NCBI RefSeq assembly: GCF_009914755.1
Contig: NC_060928.1
Source: the human T2T-CHM13v2.0 reference genome, Homo sapiens
Strand: one strand, 5' to 3'
Length of the DNA stretch: 64,000 nucleotides
Below are positions 1 through 14,560 of the stretch, piece after piece; position 1 is the first letter of the stretch, and each line of letters begins with the position of its first letter. Below the pieces are notes generated by a model. That model saw only the letters and a list, made by a program, of their open reading frames with translations, was not told the origin of the DNA and searched no databases. A program made the position numbers and the translations under genes.

Positions 1-640
1 ATAAGTGGAAACATATACATTCTCTATTTCAAATTCTATATTCAGTAATTGTATTTCCATTTTATTGTATTACTTTCATTTATATACTCACACAAAACGG
101 TAGAGAGCAGAAATATTAGGTAGTCTGATTGAATATATTTTGTAATGACTCTTTGAGAGTGACTTAGGTAATGTTGGAAATCTAAATATTTTTAGATAGC
201 AAATTATCTCCCAAAGCCCCTGGAAGCTTCCACTCTTCATATAAGTAAAATAAATCCGAACCTTCCTATTTTAACTTAAAGACCCATGTTAGAACTACAT
301 GAGTTTGCCTCTCCAAAACACTAAACATTAGCAATAGATTCAAATATACATTCACAAAATACAGTACAAAAAAATTCATAAGGTAGGGTCATAATTACTT
401 GTTGTGTATAAATGATCATTGCCTTTAATTTGCAGATAAGATATCTAAAATTCAGAATAAATGAATTTTTTTTCATAATAATAGAATTAACCAAAAATAG
501 AAGAAATTCTGCTCAATTATTTGGATTCTGATGGCAGGTATTAAAAAATCACCTCAACTGAATGCATTTCAAATAGAAGACTCTACTCATATGTACATTA
601 TAAGTAACTCTGTCATTTCTCTGTTAAGCACTCATTAACT

Positions 641-952
641 TTATTTTTTTTTATTTTTTTATTTTTTGAGACAGTGCTTTACTCTGTCACCCAGGATGGA
701 GTGCAGTGGCGTGATGTCGGCTCACTGCCACCTCTGCCTCCCAGGTTCAAGTGATTCTTCTGCCTCAGCCTCCTGAGTAGCTAGGATTTACAGGTGTGCA
801 CCACCATATGTAGCTGATTTTTCTGTATTTTTAGTAGAGATGTGGTGTCGCCATGTTGGCCAGGCTGGCTGCCAACTCCTGGCCTCAAGTGATCTGTCCG
901 CCTTGGCCTCCCAAAGTGCTGGGATTACAGGCGCGAGCCACCACTCCTGGCA
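641..952 (-). mobile_element. Alu, full-length (older AluS/J type)
   Basis: Poly(T) followed by both reverse Alu arms; target-site duplication (TSD) cactcattaact at 629-640 and 954-965. Confidence 0.97.
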
Positions 953-1269
953 ACACTCATTAACTGTAAAGTCTGGCTTTTGGACAGAAAAGTCAATATG
1001 CACCTTCTTTCGACCTTAATTCCTTTCTACCATCACTGCTACACTGAGTGCAAGGTTGTGTTACTTGTGGGCTCAGATTGGAAGGGCTCAGGAAGAAAAT
1101 TATTTCTTACTGCTTCTTATATAAAAGCGATGTCACTGAAGGGTTAATGAAATTTGGTCATTGATCATGTATCCATTAGCTTGAAAAACATGTTCAGTTT
1201 AACTACAACAATTTAAAAAATTATGTGTGATTAAAATATTACTTAATTTTTCTATAAAAGAAGAAAACA

Positions 1270-1415
1270 CCTAGCTACCTTGGGAGGCTGGGACAGGAGG
1301 ATCACTTGAGTTCAGGAGTTTGAGGCTGCAGTGAGCTATGATTGTGCAACTGCACTCCAGCCTGGGTGACAGAATGAGATCCTATCTTAAAAATTAAAAA
1401 AAAAATTCAAAAAAA
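1270..1415 (+). mobile_element. Alu monomer (FRAM/FAM or truncated AluJ right arm)
   Basis: ggaggatcacttgag...gaggctgcagtgagctatgattgtg...ccagcctgggtgacaga, then A-rich tail. Confidence 0.9.
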
Positions 1416-2250
1416 GAGCAAAGTTATAATTCCTTAGATATATTCATTGCTAATTATGAGCATTGTCACCTTTTACAGTAATTCTTTAGTATTATATACC
1501 ACATCATTTGAAACTGAGTTGGTATGGAGTGCCCACATGAAAAAAGTAAAAGTAATATATTGATGTTAATTAATCTGAATAATTATCTCTTACACAAGAT
1601 TGGTAATATGCATGGTTTATAATTTAATAGTATGTAAAGTAATATGAATATAGTGCAAAGATATTATTAAAATGATGAAGAATAATATTATCATGATTTC
1701 TGTGAGTTTATTGTTGAGTAGATGATGAGGAGGAGAAAAATGGTATTAGTTAGTTCCTGTGGCTCAATAGAACATATGGAAATGAATGCTTTCATTAATT
1801 ATTGGGAAAAATAATAAGGAAAATGTTCTTCTTCTCCTCGAAGAAGATTATTCAAATAATTGTTCTTGACAGGGACAGATAATTATTTAAGCACCTTACA
1901 TCTCTAAAATGCTATGATTATAAGAGATATTTGGTCTAAATCAAAGTTCTTCCCTCTGATTATTTAGTACATATTTTACTTGCACTGACTTTGAATGAAC
2001 TTACATTAAAAATCATGTTATGATACAAATGCGTGCCTTTTCTCCCATAATAACCCACAATTAATTTCTCACTTTCCATTCCAAATCATTTGCCAGATAC
2101 TGGACATCTTAAAACTGTTTACAAAATTTATTTTTTAATTCATTTTACTTTTTTCCCCCATCTCAATACACTATCAATTTAGGTAAAGATTAATTCTATA
2201 AAATCTCCTTCAATTCAATTCAGTTCAAAAATAAATTGAAGTATGCATGA

Positions 2251-2653
2251 TGTCAAAAAAAAGTATAGCTGGTCAGCAAAGCGGTACAAACAGATTTTAC
2301 TCAGGAACTATTGCAATAGGGGAAGAGATTTCATACAGAATATGGCTCAGTTTTGAATACAACAAGAAAAAGAGGATTGTGGCTAAATCAAACTAGCAAG
2401 ATTCTTGCTAAAGGCAGGCCAGATCATCAAATATTACTTGAGGGATGGTGGAGGATGAGGAACCTAGTCAAATATTGTGGGTAATCAGATATCAAGTGTA
2501 ATATATACTGGCTAAACTGAAACTGACTTTACAGAATTTATGCTAAAATTGAACAATGCAGAGATGTTTATGGAAGCCCTAAAGTTGGAGCCTGTTTCAG
2601 AAGAGAGTTCAAAAATTTTGACTAAAGTTTTGTGAAAAAGAGAATGTTTTTCA
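2251..2653 (-). mobile_element. ERV1 solo LTR, MER31/MER67-like, inside an old L2-like relic
   Basis: TG...CA ends; reverse strand begins tgaaaaacattctct...aaactttagtca; contains gctaaactga and gatatcaag motifs typical of MER31/67. Confidence 0.7.
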
Positions 2654-5206
2654 GTGTTTCCAGTACAATGTTTGATGTTGACGATAGAAAGATTTTTAAG
2701 GGATGACCCTTATCTTCAAAGAATTGAGTGTCTGTGAAACTGATTAAATAAAAAAGAATAAACAACAGGAGAATAACGAAAGTACTGAAGTGAAATCAAA
2801 GAGGATTAAGAGGATTTAGAAATAGTTCCCAGAAGTGATATTTGAGCTGCATCTGGAAAGGTAAATTATTTGCCTAAGCAGAAAAGGAGACAATTTCAAT
2901 ACATAAAGGGAAAACATCCATCAAATTGCAGGATTGTTAAAGTCTAAGCATGTACATGAGTTATAAAGAAATAAGAAATGAAGATGAAAGGAGGTGGGGG
3001 TAGGAAATAAAACCGTAGAGATAAGACAGCTTCAGATTTGACATGTAATTTTTCCCCCTCAGCAGATTGGCAAGATCAAAAATTTTTAAGGAACTAATTT
3101 TGATAAAAATTTGAGGATTCACTTAGTTTAAGATAGAGTGGAAGCCGACAAGAAGCATATGTTGCTAACATAATAATAATACCATAATCGAGGGAGTTCA
3201 TGATAGCCTTCCTTTATTTATTATATGGATTATCATAAAATAGTTTTAACTGAACTTAACACATTTTCTACCTTTTGCTTTCATGTTATATGGTTTATCA
3301 AAAAATAATCTAATTATTTTGTACATATTCTCTCTTCTACCTCATAGTGCATTTTTGACATATATTAAAATAATTATTAATATTTTACTAAATTGATTCC
3401 CTACTTCCAGTTATAGAATATATAAAGTAAACCAGTAGTAGAAGATAAGTACCAAAATGCTACTTTATCCTTGATTATTTGTTCTATACAGACATTTGGA
3501 ACACAGCAAGGACTCATCAAAAGACTTTGCAGACATATTTAGTTAACATTACATACTGCCTCTAATTTAGCTGCACCCATGAAAAGGTACACATTGGAAA
3601 CATAAGCTACTTTACTATTATATGCCGTGTTAAAGAATGACATGTTCTGAGTAACCAGTCACTGAGAAAATGTTAAACCACCATGATAAAGAATTAAACC
3701 TCAAATGCAGTATTCAAATTGTGAAGCATTTTTGGACTTACCAGTTTGTGATCTTTAAAGATGCTAGCTCACAAGATTAATTTTCCAAATTTCTGATTTC
3801 ATGTCATAGCTGAATTCATTTCTGGTTGAGGAAAATAGAGATTGCACGTATATATTTCATAAGATAAACATCAGATTTTATCTCAGATGATAATGGCTAG
3901 ATAGCATGTAGGCATGATACTGGCAAAACAATCTTGTTATAGACGATATCTATTATTTATTATTCACGAACTGGTAATTAACTAATCATTCACTCACTGT
4001 TCTCTGTTAATCAACTGAATAGTCTATTCTTTACTGTTAACTAACTATGCCTCTTATCCATTCTTCATTTTTAATTAAATGAGCTTGGGTGAATTTTTTT
4101 TGTTGTTTAAGCAAAGAATCGTAGCTATAAAATGAAAGTTCAGCCAATGATATATATAGCCTACTCTGACTCCAAGATTCTATTTACTAGATATTCATCT
4201 CAGTTTCAAAAAGTCTTTTTTTTAAAATATGTATATCTGTTCTGTGGTACTTCATTTAGTAAGCAGTATTTTTTTGTTGGGTCTACAATGTGTTAACGAT
4301 AATGTGTCTACTAAGTTCAAAGAAACATAATGGGAAAAGAGGTGAGTGGAAGGTGTTGCCTATTTGCAAAAAGAAAAGGAGAGAAAAGCAGATAAGCATT
4401 ACTCTGGGAAATAATGATATTTTCAATAAGAGAGGGAAGAAGATGACCACTGATATACAATAATTCTGCAAAGATAAATGCTCATTTCCTGGATTTCCTG
4501 GCCTCTGCAACTTCAACCACTTTAGCTTTGAAAATACAAGTTCACTAACACTTGTAAGAACAATTTCACCATCTCTTAGCATGTCCTGGATAGGTTTTAT
4601 AGGTTTTATGCTTTAGGGTTCTTGGCAACAATTGTACCGTTCATCACGTTCAGGGCATCAGCACAAACTAAAACTGAAGTTTTTTTCTTTTTCTTTTTCA
4701 AATCCAATTACTTAAGAAAAGTAAATTAAAAATAAACTATTTTGCAAATTCTTTAACATTTATATCTTTTTCACATTACAGTTTAAAGTTAGAGACTACA
4801 AGGGACAGTTAGGAGTGTATGTATGCGTATCTTTATTTCTATTTAAATGTTAAAATTTCTTATGGTTTATGTTAGGTCTCTGAACTACAGAACTGTGAAG
4901 TTTAATTGCTTAATTGGTTTTAAATTTTATCAAGTATATTTATGTTCTAGCCGAAGTTATAAATCATAAATTTGTGATGGCTCTAATTGGTACAAATGTG
5001 TCATTTTTCTTGCTTCCAAGAAAGAGATGTGAAAGTTAAATTATTTTGATATATATTTTGCAAATGGTGGTGGTAGTTTCAAGGGCATAGTGAAAGAAAA
5101 AGATAATCAAGGAACTTAAGATTTTGGAAGGAGAACAATTTTCTTTTTTATTAAGAAAGTTAGGTTTAAGTAGGAAAAAATATCTAAAGAAAAAAAAGGA
5201 ACTGTT

Positions 5207-6380
5207 ATTATGTGATCCCGAAAAGCTCAGGCAACACAATAGAAAATAGACAAATAAGATTGCATCAAGCTAAAAACTTCCACACAGCAAGGGAAGCAAT
5301 CAACAGAATGAAGAGGAATCCTATGATATGGAAGAAGATATTTGCAAACCATACATCTGATAAGGGGTTAATAGACAAAACATCTAAGGAACTCAAACAA
5401 CTCAGTACCAAAAACAAACAAATAAACAAACAAACTAGCAATTTGAGTTGGCCTTTTTTTTTTTCAAAATAAGTCATAAAAAGGCCAACAGGTGTAGGAA
5501 AAATGGCTCAACATCACTAATCATCAGTGAAATGCAAAACAAAGCCACAATGAGATACCACTTCACACCCGCTAAAATGACTACAATAAAAAAAAAAGAA
5601 ATAACAAGTGTTGATGAGAATGTAAAGTAAAATAACTCTCGAACATTGTTGTTGGGAATATGAATTAGTACAGCCATTATGGAAAACAGTATGGTGGTTC
5701 CACAAACAATTAAAAATAGAAGTGCCATATGATTCAGCAATTCTACTTCTGGGTATATATCCAAAGGAAACAAAATCAGTATCTCAAAGACATATTTACC
5801 CTCCTATGTTCATTGCAGCATTATTCAAAATAGTCAACATATAGAATCAACCTAAGTGGCCACCAACAAATGAATGGGTAAAAAAATGTGGTATATGATG
5901 GAATACTATTTAGCCTTAAAAAAAGAAGAAACTCCTGCCATTTGCAACAACATAGATGAACCTGGACGACAGCATGTTAAGTGAAATAAGATACGCACAG
6001 AAAGACAAATACTGAGTGATCTCACTTGTATGCAGAACTTAAAAAATTTGAACTCAAAGAAACACAAAGTAGAATAGTGGTTACCACGGACTGGCAGGTA
6101 GGGGTGGAGAAAGTGTTGTGGCGATGTTTATCAAAGAATACAAAATTTCACTTAGATGGAAGGAATACATTTGAAAGACCTATTTTACAACATGATAACT
6201 AGTTAATGACAGTGTGCTGTGTTCTAGAAAATCTTGAATATAGTACATTTTAAGTGTTTTCACCACAAAAATGATAAGGATATGGAAAGTGCATATGTTA
6301 ACTTAGCCATTCTGCAAAATACACGTATTTCAAAATGTGTTTTACATGGTAAATATATATAATTTTGTCAATATAAAGAA
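5207..6380 (+). mobile_element. 5'-truncated L1MA (about L1MA7/8): ORF2 C-terminus plus 3'UTR
   Basis: ORF 5212-5472 (WKKIFANHTSDKGLI) is L1 ORF2-like; 3'UTR motifs agtagaatagtggttacc and ttttaagtgttttcaccacaaaaatgataag. Confidence 0.92.
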
Positions 6381-6831
6381 GTTACTAAAAAAGAAGTTAG
6401 TGATAAAGAAACTACTAGCTCACATGGCAAGATAAACCATTTCTCCCTTATCCTGTGTCTATAACTTCAGTGTAATCCTCAATTAAAAACTGGTTTAGGT
6501 GAATACTAAAAATATTGCAATTGCATTTATTCTTTATACAATTTCTAATCTCTCTTCATTAATGAAGGAACCAGGTTACAAAATATCTAGAGTTTAATAC
6601 TTAGGGTTAATCTTATCTTTTTAAATTGTAGTCTTTCTGGCACTTGCTACTTTATCATATAAAGAGAGCTCCAAAAAGTTCTATATGTTATAAAGAATGA
6701 ATACTACTTTCTTTTTCTGACAGGCATAGAAAAGTGTAAATAAAATCAATTGTTAGGACATTTTCTCCTGATCACTATAGAGAAGTGGTCCCTGTAACAG
6801 TTTTCTATTGCTGCATTTATTAAGAAATTAT

Positions 6832-7125
6832 GGCCGGGCACGGTGGCTCACGCCTGTAATCCCAGCACTTTGGGAGGCCGAGGCGGGTGGATCACGAGGT
6901 CAGGAGTTCAAGACCAGCCTGGCCAAGATGGTGAAGCTCCACCTCTACTAAAGACACAAAAATTAGTCGGGCATGGTGGTGGGGGCCTGTAATCCCAGCT
7001 ACTCGGGAGGCTGAGGCAGAGAATTGCTTGAACCTGGGAGGTGGAGCTTGCAGTGAGCCGAGATCGCGCCACTCCAGCCTGGGTAAGAGAGTAAGATTCC
7101 ATTTCAAAAAAATTTAAAAAAAAGA
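6832..7125 (+). mobile_element. AluS (Sg/Sx3-like), full-length
   Basis: Canonical ggccgggcacggtggctcacgcctg start, both arms, A-tail; TSD aagaaatta at 6822-6830 and 7126-7134. Confidence 0.97.
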
Positions 7126-7972
7126 AAGAAATTACATACTTTCCCTCTTTAAATCTATACTGTGTTAAGTTATATTAATAGATAATTACACTGTTCATCT
7201 ATTTCTGATGAGTCCAATTGATGACACTATATTTCTATGCATTATTTTAAACTTTTGGATATGTTTTTTAAATATTTATTTTGGTCATTATATGATTATA
7301 AATGAAATTTGTTTATAATTTTCAATTCTCATATTGACCTCTGATTTTGTTTTTTAAGGTTTTAACTGCATTGTATAATGAGTTATGTAGTAATCCTTCA
7401 TTTTATCCTCTCAAGAACACTTTATAAGTAATTGGATTTACCTGATCCTTTTTTTTTAGTAAATTTATCTCAGTATGAGATCATAAGACATCATCTTTTC
7501 TTTTCATACAATAATAATGAATGCATAGCATTTTTATTGTCATATGTGTGTATATTTTATGTATGAAGGAAGCTGTCAGAACACATTCAATAGGGCATGT
7601 TAGTTAAAATAGATTTGATATGCACAAGTCAAATAGAGTGTTTCATATAGCACAAAAGAGAACAAAACTTTTTTCAACCAATCTCAATCAAACTACTTTA
7701 TTATCTTCTGGGATAATGTAATGGGTTTACATTTGAAGGTATAGAAGGCATATATAAGAAAAAAATACAGAAAAAGTCTATTTTAGCTATATAATCATTT
7801 CCCTTTTACTCCATGTCTATAACTTCAGTGTAATCCTCAACTAAGCCAGAAATTCTATTTCCATGATAACTTTTCTCAAGCATATTTTTCACAAAAGTAT
7901 TTAGTTAGATTTGTGTGAGCTAAATAACAATGAAGATTAAAAGTCTCTTTACCTTAAAAACTCAATATATAA

Positions 7973-8337
<365 letters not shown>

Positions 8338-9840
8338 CTACTTTTTAGCTTTTTTCTTTACTGTCTTATATCACATCTCTAACTTTTTTAAAGAACAATA
8401 TATCTTGAAAAAGTCGATGTTCATTTTTCATAGAAATACAGTTTTACTTATCAACATAATTGGATTTAAAGGTGTTAATTTAAGGAACCAAAGTAAATTG
8501 AAATTCTGTCTCTCTCGTCATTTCTTTTCTCTGAAAACACTATCAAGAGAGGGAGGAATTCTGTTTTCAGCACGTGTCCCTGAACTGACTTCATAGGCTC
8601 TGTCCCCACTTGCAAAACAGAATTATAATACTTAGAAACTTCATTAGCACTAATCTCACTAATTTCATTAGACTGAATTATTTTTATGCATTTTGTTTGA
8701 ATTGGGAATACAGAATTTATACCAATATCATCTTCCTTTGGAAATAGCAAAAGTATGACTTATCTTGTGTCTATGTTCATAACACAAGGGGTCACTTCAG
8801 AGATCAAGGGATGATCTAGTAATAAACGCTAGCAGATAATACTAACATAGCTCTTCTTTACATTGTTTTTATAACAGCCTTAAAAATAATCCTTCCCATA
8901 GTCCTCTGAGCGTCACTTTTCATTGCTATTTCTCATTTTGAAAAATTATTTGGGAATACAAGTAAAATAATTTATTTTTGAATCAATAGAAAAAGCAATA
9001 TACCACTAACATTCTTGTTTTTTTAATTATATTTTAGTTTGAGGGGAAAAAATCATTTTCTCACACATTTGCCAACTGCTTTTTTGTTTTGATTTTAGGC
9101 TAGACATAAATAAAGAACATATAGAATTTAAGCTATTTTTATTGATATAAAATAACTGTTAATTATATAATTGTAGTCACATTGTGAGACATAATTCATC
9201 ATACATAAAATACTGCATAAATTTAACTTTGTTTCTTATTTTTCAATTTTGAAAATAACTCTAAGTTAAATAAAATGTCCTTTCTGAGTCTTTCCTTTTC
9301 ACACTTGCCTTTTTGTCCCAAAGTTATGAAATTGTTAATTCTGTAAGCTTTTAATTATACAAAGACAGTAATTGCTAAATACAGTTGGAGCATAAGTGAT
9401 ACCATACTTCATTGTCTTCAATTTAGCTTGGTCTCTCCCTTAATAACACTGTGGATGGTCTTGACTCTGTCATTTTTCAGGTCTATCTTTCCTTTTCTAT
9501 AGCACAGACAGTCTGTCTTTGCACAATTCCCAAATCTGAACGGGCTATGGAAAGATACCTCTAAGCAGTGCCTTCACTTTTTGCTTTGCCAGCCTGGGAG
9601 ATGTTCACTGGGCTCCCAGCTGCTGTGGCTTCCAGGGAGTTGCCATCACCTGTGTCTCCACAGTCTTTGATGGGATCCTCCACTGAACATGTCCACCTTT
9701 GTGCAGATGCTGATGAACTTGCAACTTCTGACACTTCAGTCTCCTGGAATCCAATATCACTTAGGTAAAGACAGCCACTTATCTTCCCCAGTTTTTTAAA
9801 CTTTGAAGTTTTAAGACCTTTATTCCCTTCTTTTCCCAGA

Positions 9841-10266
9841 TGACCTAGTTTGGATCTTTACCCCTTTCAAATCTGTTAAAACTTGATTCCCAACATTGGA
9901 GGTAGGGGCTAGTGGGGAGTAGTGGGAAGTGTTTGGGTCATAAGGACAGATGCCTCCTGAAATGGCATGGTGCTGTCGTTGCAGAAATGAGTGAGTTCTC
10001 ACTCTATCAGTTCACGCAAGCACTGACTCTTAAAAAAGTAGCCTGGCATCTCCTCTCTCTTGCACCCTCTCTTGCCATGTGACATGCCAGCTCGCCTTGC
10101 CTTCAGCCATAAGTAAAATTTTCCTGAGGACGCACCGGGAGCTGAGGAGTTGCTGCCACCATACTTCTTGTACAGCCTGAAGAACTGAGAGCCAAATGAT
10201 CCTCTTTTCTTTATAAATTACCCAGTCCCACATGTCTCTTTAGAGCAATGCAAAACAGACTAAACA
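9841..10266 (+). mobile_element. MaLR solo LTR, MSTB-like
   Basis: gtgagttctcactct, cttcttgtacagcctg, ctttataaattacccagtc, ending gcaaaacagactaaaca. Confidence 0.88.
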
Positions 10267-10815
10267 TGTCAATGCAATTTCTTCTTTGGCTTGATCCCCA
10301 AAATATTAAACAATAATTAGAACTTTCCTTTTGGATTTTTCACCGTAGCATTTTTCCTCTTTTGTTCTGACACACACACAAATTAAGATGGAGGGGTAAA
10401 TTGAAGCTAGATCATAGGAAACAGGACTTGAATGCATCCTTCATTTGAGTTGTGGATGTTATTTGATTTATCTTTCATTTGTGCTAATGAGCTGTCACGG
10501 TGAAAAGTGCTATATAATTTCTCAATTTTCCAGATATCCTGAATTTTTAAGAATACCATCTTACTTGATTGTATTGCTAAAAGTGTATATTGCTGTGAAC
10601 TTTGAATAATGTAAATCCTTAATTTAAGAAAAATACCTGTTTATATGATCACTCAGAACCTAAATGCAAATATCTATATATGAATAAATATGTTCATGTA
10701 TACAAGCATACACATTTATATCTATATGTATTTATGTGTATGTGTATAAATAATACCTACATTTGGATTACATTAAGAGATAGTTCATCATAGCCATTTA
10801 TTTCTGATAGGACTG

Positions 10816-11195
10816 TGTATTAGTCCATTTTCACACTGCTGTAAAGAACTACCTGAGAACGGGTAATTTGTAAAAAAATGAGGTTTAATAGACTCACAGT
10901 TCAGGATAGCTGGGGAGGCCTCAGGAAACTTACAATCATGGGTGGAAGGCGAAGGGGAAGCAAGGCATGTCTTACATGGCATCACGAGAGTGAGAGCAAG
11001 AGAAGGGAAGTGTCACAATTTTAAACCATCAGCTCTCCTGAGAACTCACTCACTATCACAAGAACAGCAAGAGAGAAATCTGCCCTCATGACCCAATCAT
11101 TTCCCACCAGGCCCCTCCTCTGACACATGGGAATTATAATTCAAACTACAATTTGAGGTAAGATTTGGGTGGGGACACAGAGTCAATCCATATCA
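10816..11195 (-). mobile_element. MaLR solo LTR, THE1C/D-like
   Basis: tgtattagtccattttcacactgct ... gatttgggtggggacacag..ccatatca; 5-bp TSD gactg/gactt. Confidence 0.92.
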
Positions 11196-12791
11196 GACTT
11201 GAGATCAGGTAAAGTAATCAGGACAAATTAGAATACTACATGAATTAAATATTTTCCTCTGTTTTATACTTTCCTCTTTACATCCTACATGCTGTTGTGA
11301 GATTGACCCTCATAAAAATTTTAATCTATGATTTCCACACTCTGTACAAATAATTCTGATGGCTCTCTTTTGCCTAAAAGAGAAATTTTCAACATTGCTT
11401 TAACTTTTTCTGAAAATAACTACAACAAATACTGTTTATATAAATAAAATATGCCTATAACCATATGGCTATAATTATATGGGTGCTGTTTATAATTCAT
11501 GGCAAAGATATGCTGATCAACTGATTTATTTCCCACTACATAAGTATACTATCATGCAAGAGAATAATTCTGACTTACCAATGGGCTAAATTGAAACCCA
11601 TTTTAATTTATATTTTTACAAATATAAATTATGTATCCCCATTCGAAATTAATTAGTGACAAATCTTTCTTATATTCGAATGAATTACAATGTCAGAGAT
11701 AAGAATTATTAACTTGAGGGACAAATGTCATACTCAAATGCAGTAGAGTCCCTGCACAATTCAGCCCACATTTACTTCTTTACCCTTATTTTCCGATATT
11801 TTTATTCTATACTGATCCTCCAACATACTTCTGTTTATTATACCCAGGAAATTTTGTTTGCAGCATTTTCCTCTCTTCTTTCGTTTTCCTAGTCTTATCT
11901 CCTTTTACTTAATCCTTTGTAGAAAGTATTTATTCTGGATCTGAGTCCAAAATAATCTGATCACTCCCTTTGAAAGCAAATGGGACTTACTATTTTGAAA
12001 ATATATTAATTATATATGTAATAATTAAGTACATGTATTACATATATATAATAACAATGTATATGATTAATTGTATATGTTCCCACAAATTCTCAATAAA
12101 CCACATTATACATCTATAGTGTGTGTTTGTGTATGTGCATGTGTGTGTCTGTGTGTGTATATACATGCTCTCACATGCCTACCTGTGGGGGGAGTGTGTG
12201 TATGCCCACAGATAGGTATGTGAGAGCATGTATATACACAGCATATATTTGTACTCCCGAATTTACCATAAAATATGTGTTTCTATCAGCTGAGGTTATC
12301 TTGTTATTTAAGACACATAAATTACCTCAGTCTTTCCGTAGGGAAATACTCTAACAAATATATCTATTAATTCACAGGAATGTACAATCTTGTGCTTTTA
12401 CACTGCTGCCCATTGATTCCAAATTTCACACATGTATCACCTCTTATTGTGACTACCTACTTCCAGTCTCTTCTCACTGTGCTACACAGACTTGGACATG
12501 CATTTCAGTCACTGCCCTCCATTTCTCTGAAATGAGAGACAGAGAGAAAGAGATGGGGAGCAGGGGTATTAAATAAAATATTTTAATAGACCATTCTGGT
12601 TGTCCCAGACTTAAAAAATTCTTGCCTACTGAACACTTCCCCTTGTAGGGTTTGTTGTCACTACAGTATTGCCTGTCCCTTTCTCTCTAGTCTTTCCTTT
12701 CCCTTCCTTCTCCTCTTCCATTTTAAAACTTCTCTTTATTTATTCTATAGAGTATTTCTTGGCAAGCTCCTTGCTTTTCCTTACCAATACC

Positions 12792-12967
12792 TGACATGGA
12801 CTGGTCCCCAGCTAAACTAACATGTTGAAGTTATAGCCCCGGTCTGACTCTATTTGTAGATAGGGCTTTATGAGGTAATTAAAGTTAAATGAGGTCCTGG
12901 TGGGGGAATGGTGTAATCTGATAATCTGGTAGGACTGGAGGCCTTATAAGAAGAGAACTGTCTGTCT

Positions 12968-13007
<40 letters not shown>

Positions 13008-13205
13008 GCACACACTGAGGAAAGGTAAGGTGGGGGCAATGCAAGAAGGTGGCCATCTGCAAACCAAGAAGAAAGCCTTACCAGAAACCAAATTGGTACC
13101 TTGATCTTTCACTCCCCAGCCTCCAGAACTGTGAGAAATAAATGTTTTTTGTTTATGCCATCCAGTGTATGGTATTTTGTTATGAAATCCCAAGCAGACT
13201 AATAC
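12792..13205 (+). mobile_element. MaLR solo LTR, MLT1A/B-like
   Basis: gaggtaattaaagttaaatgagg, gaaggtggccatctgcaaacc, cagcctccagaactgtgagaaataaa, ending gcagactaatac. Confidence 0.88.
12971..13004. repeat. (TC)n microsatellite within the MLT1 LTR
   Basis: Uninterrupted tctctc run. Confidence 0.95.
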
Positions 13206-14394
13206 CCATTTGAAGCCCTTAGAATTCTAATTCCATAAAGATATTCATATTATTCCTTAAACATAAATAATTTTCTCCTTAAGAATATACTTTGCAACAG
13301 ATGGTAGAAATAAATGTTATTTTTCACCTTGTTTCTATTAAGTTCAACGTATGCAACAGGATTCAGCATTTTGTTTGAGTCCGTGGTGCTTATTAGAATG
13401 CCATGATCATACTGGGAATGGATAAGATGAATAATAGTGGTAATGACACTAGAACTGGCTTGATACAACCAGTAGCTAATTGTCAAAAGTGTACATTTCG
13501 ACAAATTAGAGTTGATCCATCTAGTTAATTGTCACGTTGTTCATTTTTTATTAAATACATTTTTTGGAATTTTACTATCTTCATATATTTATACTTGACA
13601 TTTAGCAAAGTTTTATTTTCTTTTTAGCAAAATCACTTAAAGCAGAATGTTTCTATTCAAAATGGAATTTTTAAATATTTAGTTTTCATGTAGCTCTGAC
13701 TAAATCTTAACCATAAATTACTTACTCTTTCTCTCTCTGTTTTTGTTATGTACAGATTGATTTGCTGTCCAAGAATAAAACTCATTCTCCTTAGCCAACA
13801 AGTTTCCAATACTGAAGATTTTGACAGTATTTTTCTATATTTTCTAAACAATCCAGACTGACTCATTGTATTTAAAAACAAAGTCCAGACCAGAAAAAGT
13901 TAATTTACACATATCTTTCTAAAAACATCTGATAACCTATATTTCTTTGAGAAATTGTGTTTGTTTCTCAATAACAACACCAATTTTGATTTCAGTCTGA
14001 AAAATTCAGATTAATTTACTCTGATAGTTTGGAAATAGTCCTGTTTTGCTATTCCATTTAAATTGTTGAAGATATTACTATTAGAAGATTATAGAACATG
14101 ATAACTTAAGGCTCTTGTTCTTTCACAAAAAAAAAAAAAAAACTAGTGGAAACCAAGTCACCTTACATTTAGCTTGAATTGAAAACAAACCTACAACACC
14201 AATAGTTTTATTTTTAATTTGTATAATCCTCTAAGAATTATTAATATTGAATCTGAATTCAGTAAATTCTTGATCAGACACCACAACATATCCCCCAATG
14301 GTAATTTAATGAAAGTTACTAGTTCAACCTGTGTTGGAATAAACATATTATATTTTTGTATTTGAGAGCTTAAAAATACTGGTCTTAAAGAAAT

Positions 14395-14560
14395 TGTAAG
14401 GACTTTGAATCAGGCTAATTATATCTTTTGTGTAATCTTTTTAGTTCTGGCAACTTGGATAAGATAATTAACCTGTTTGAATCAAGCTGTCTAAATTTAT
14501 GAAGTGATGATAATTATACCTACTGCATGGAATTGTTCTGAGAATTAAATTTAAAAATCA
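14395..14560 (+). mobile_element. MIR relic
   Basis: Degenerate core: acttggataagataattaacctg...ataattatacctactgcatggaattgttctgagaattaaa. Confidence 0.6.

Noticed and set aside
4283-4582. 99-aa minus-strand ORF with a hydrophobic stretch
   Set aside because: No recognisable homology; the hydrophobicity follows from an A/G-rich tract on the + strand; no supporting gene structure.
9480-9780. Locally GC-richer segment with a 66-aa ORF, possible exon
   Set aside because: No recognisable protein and no convincing splice-site pair; may be an old repeat relic. Cannot be supported without a search.
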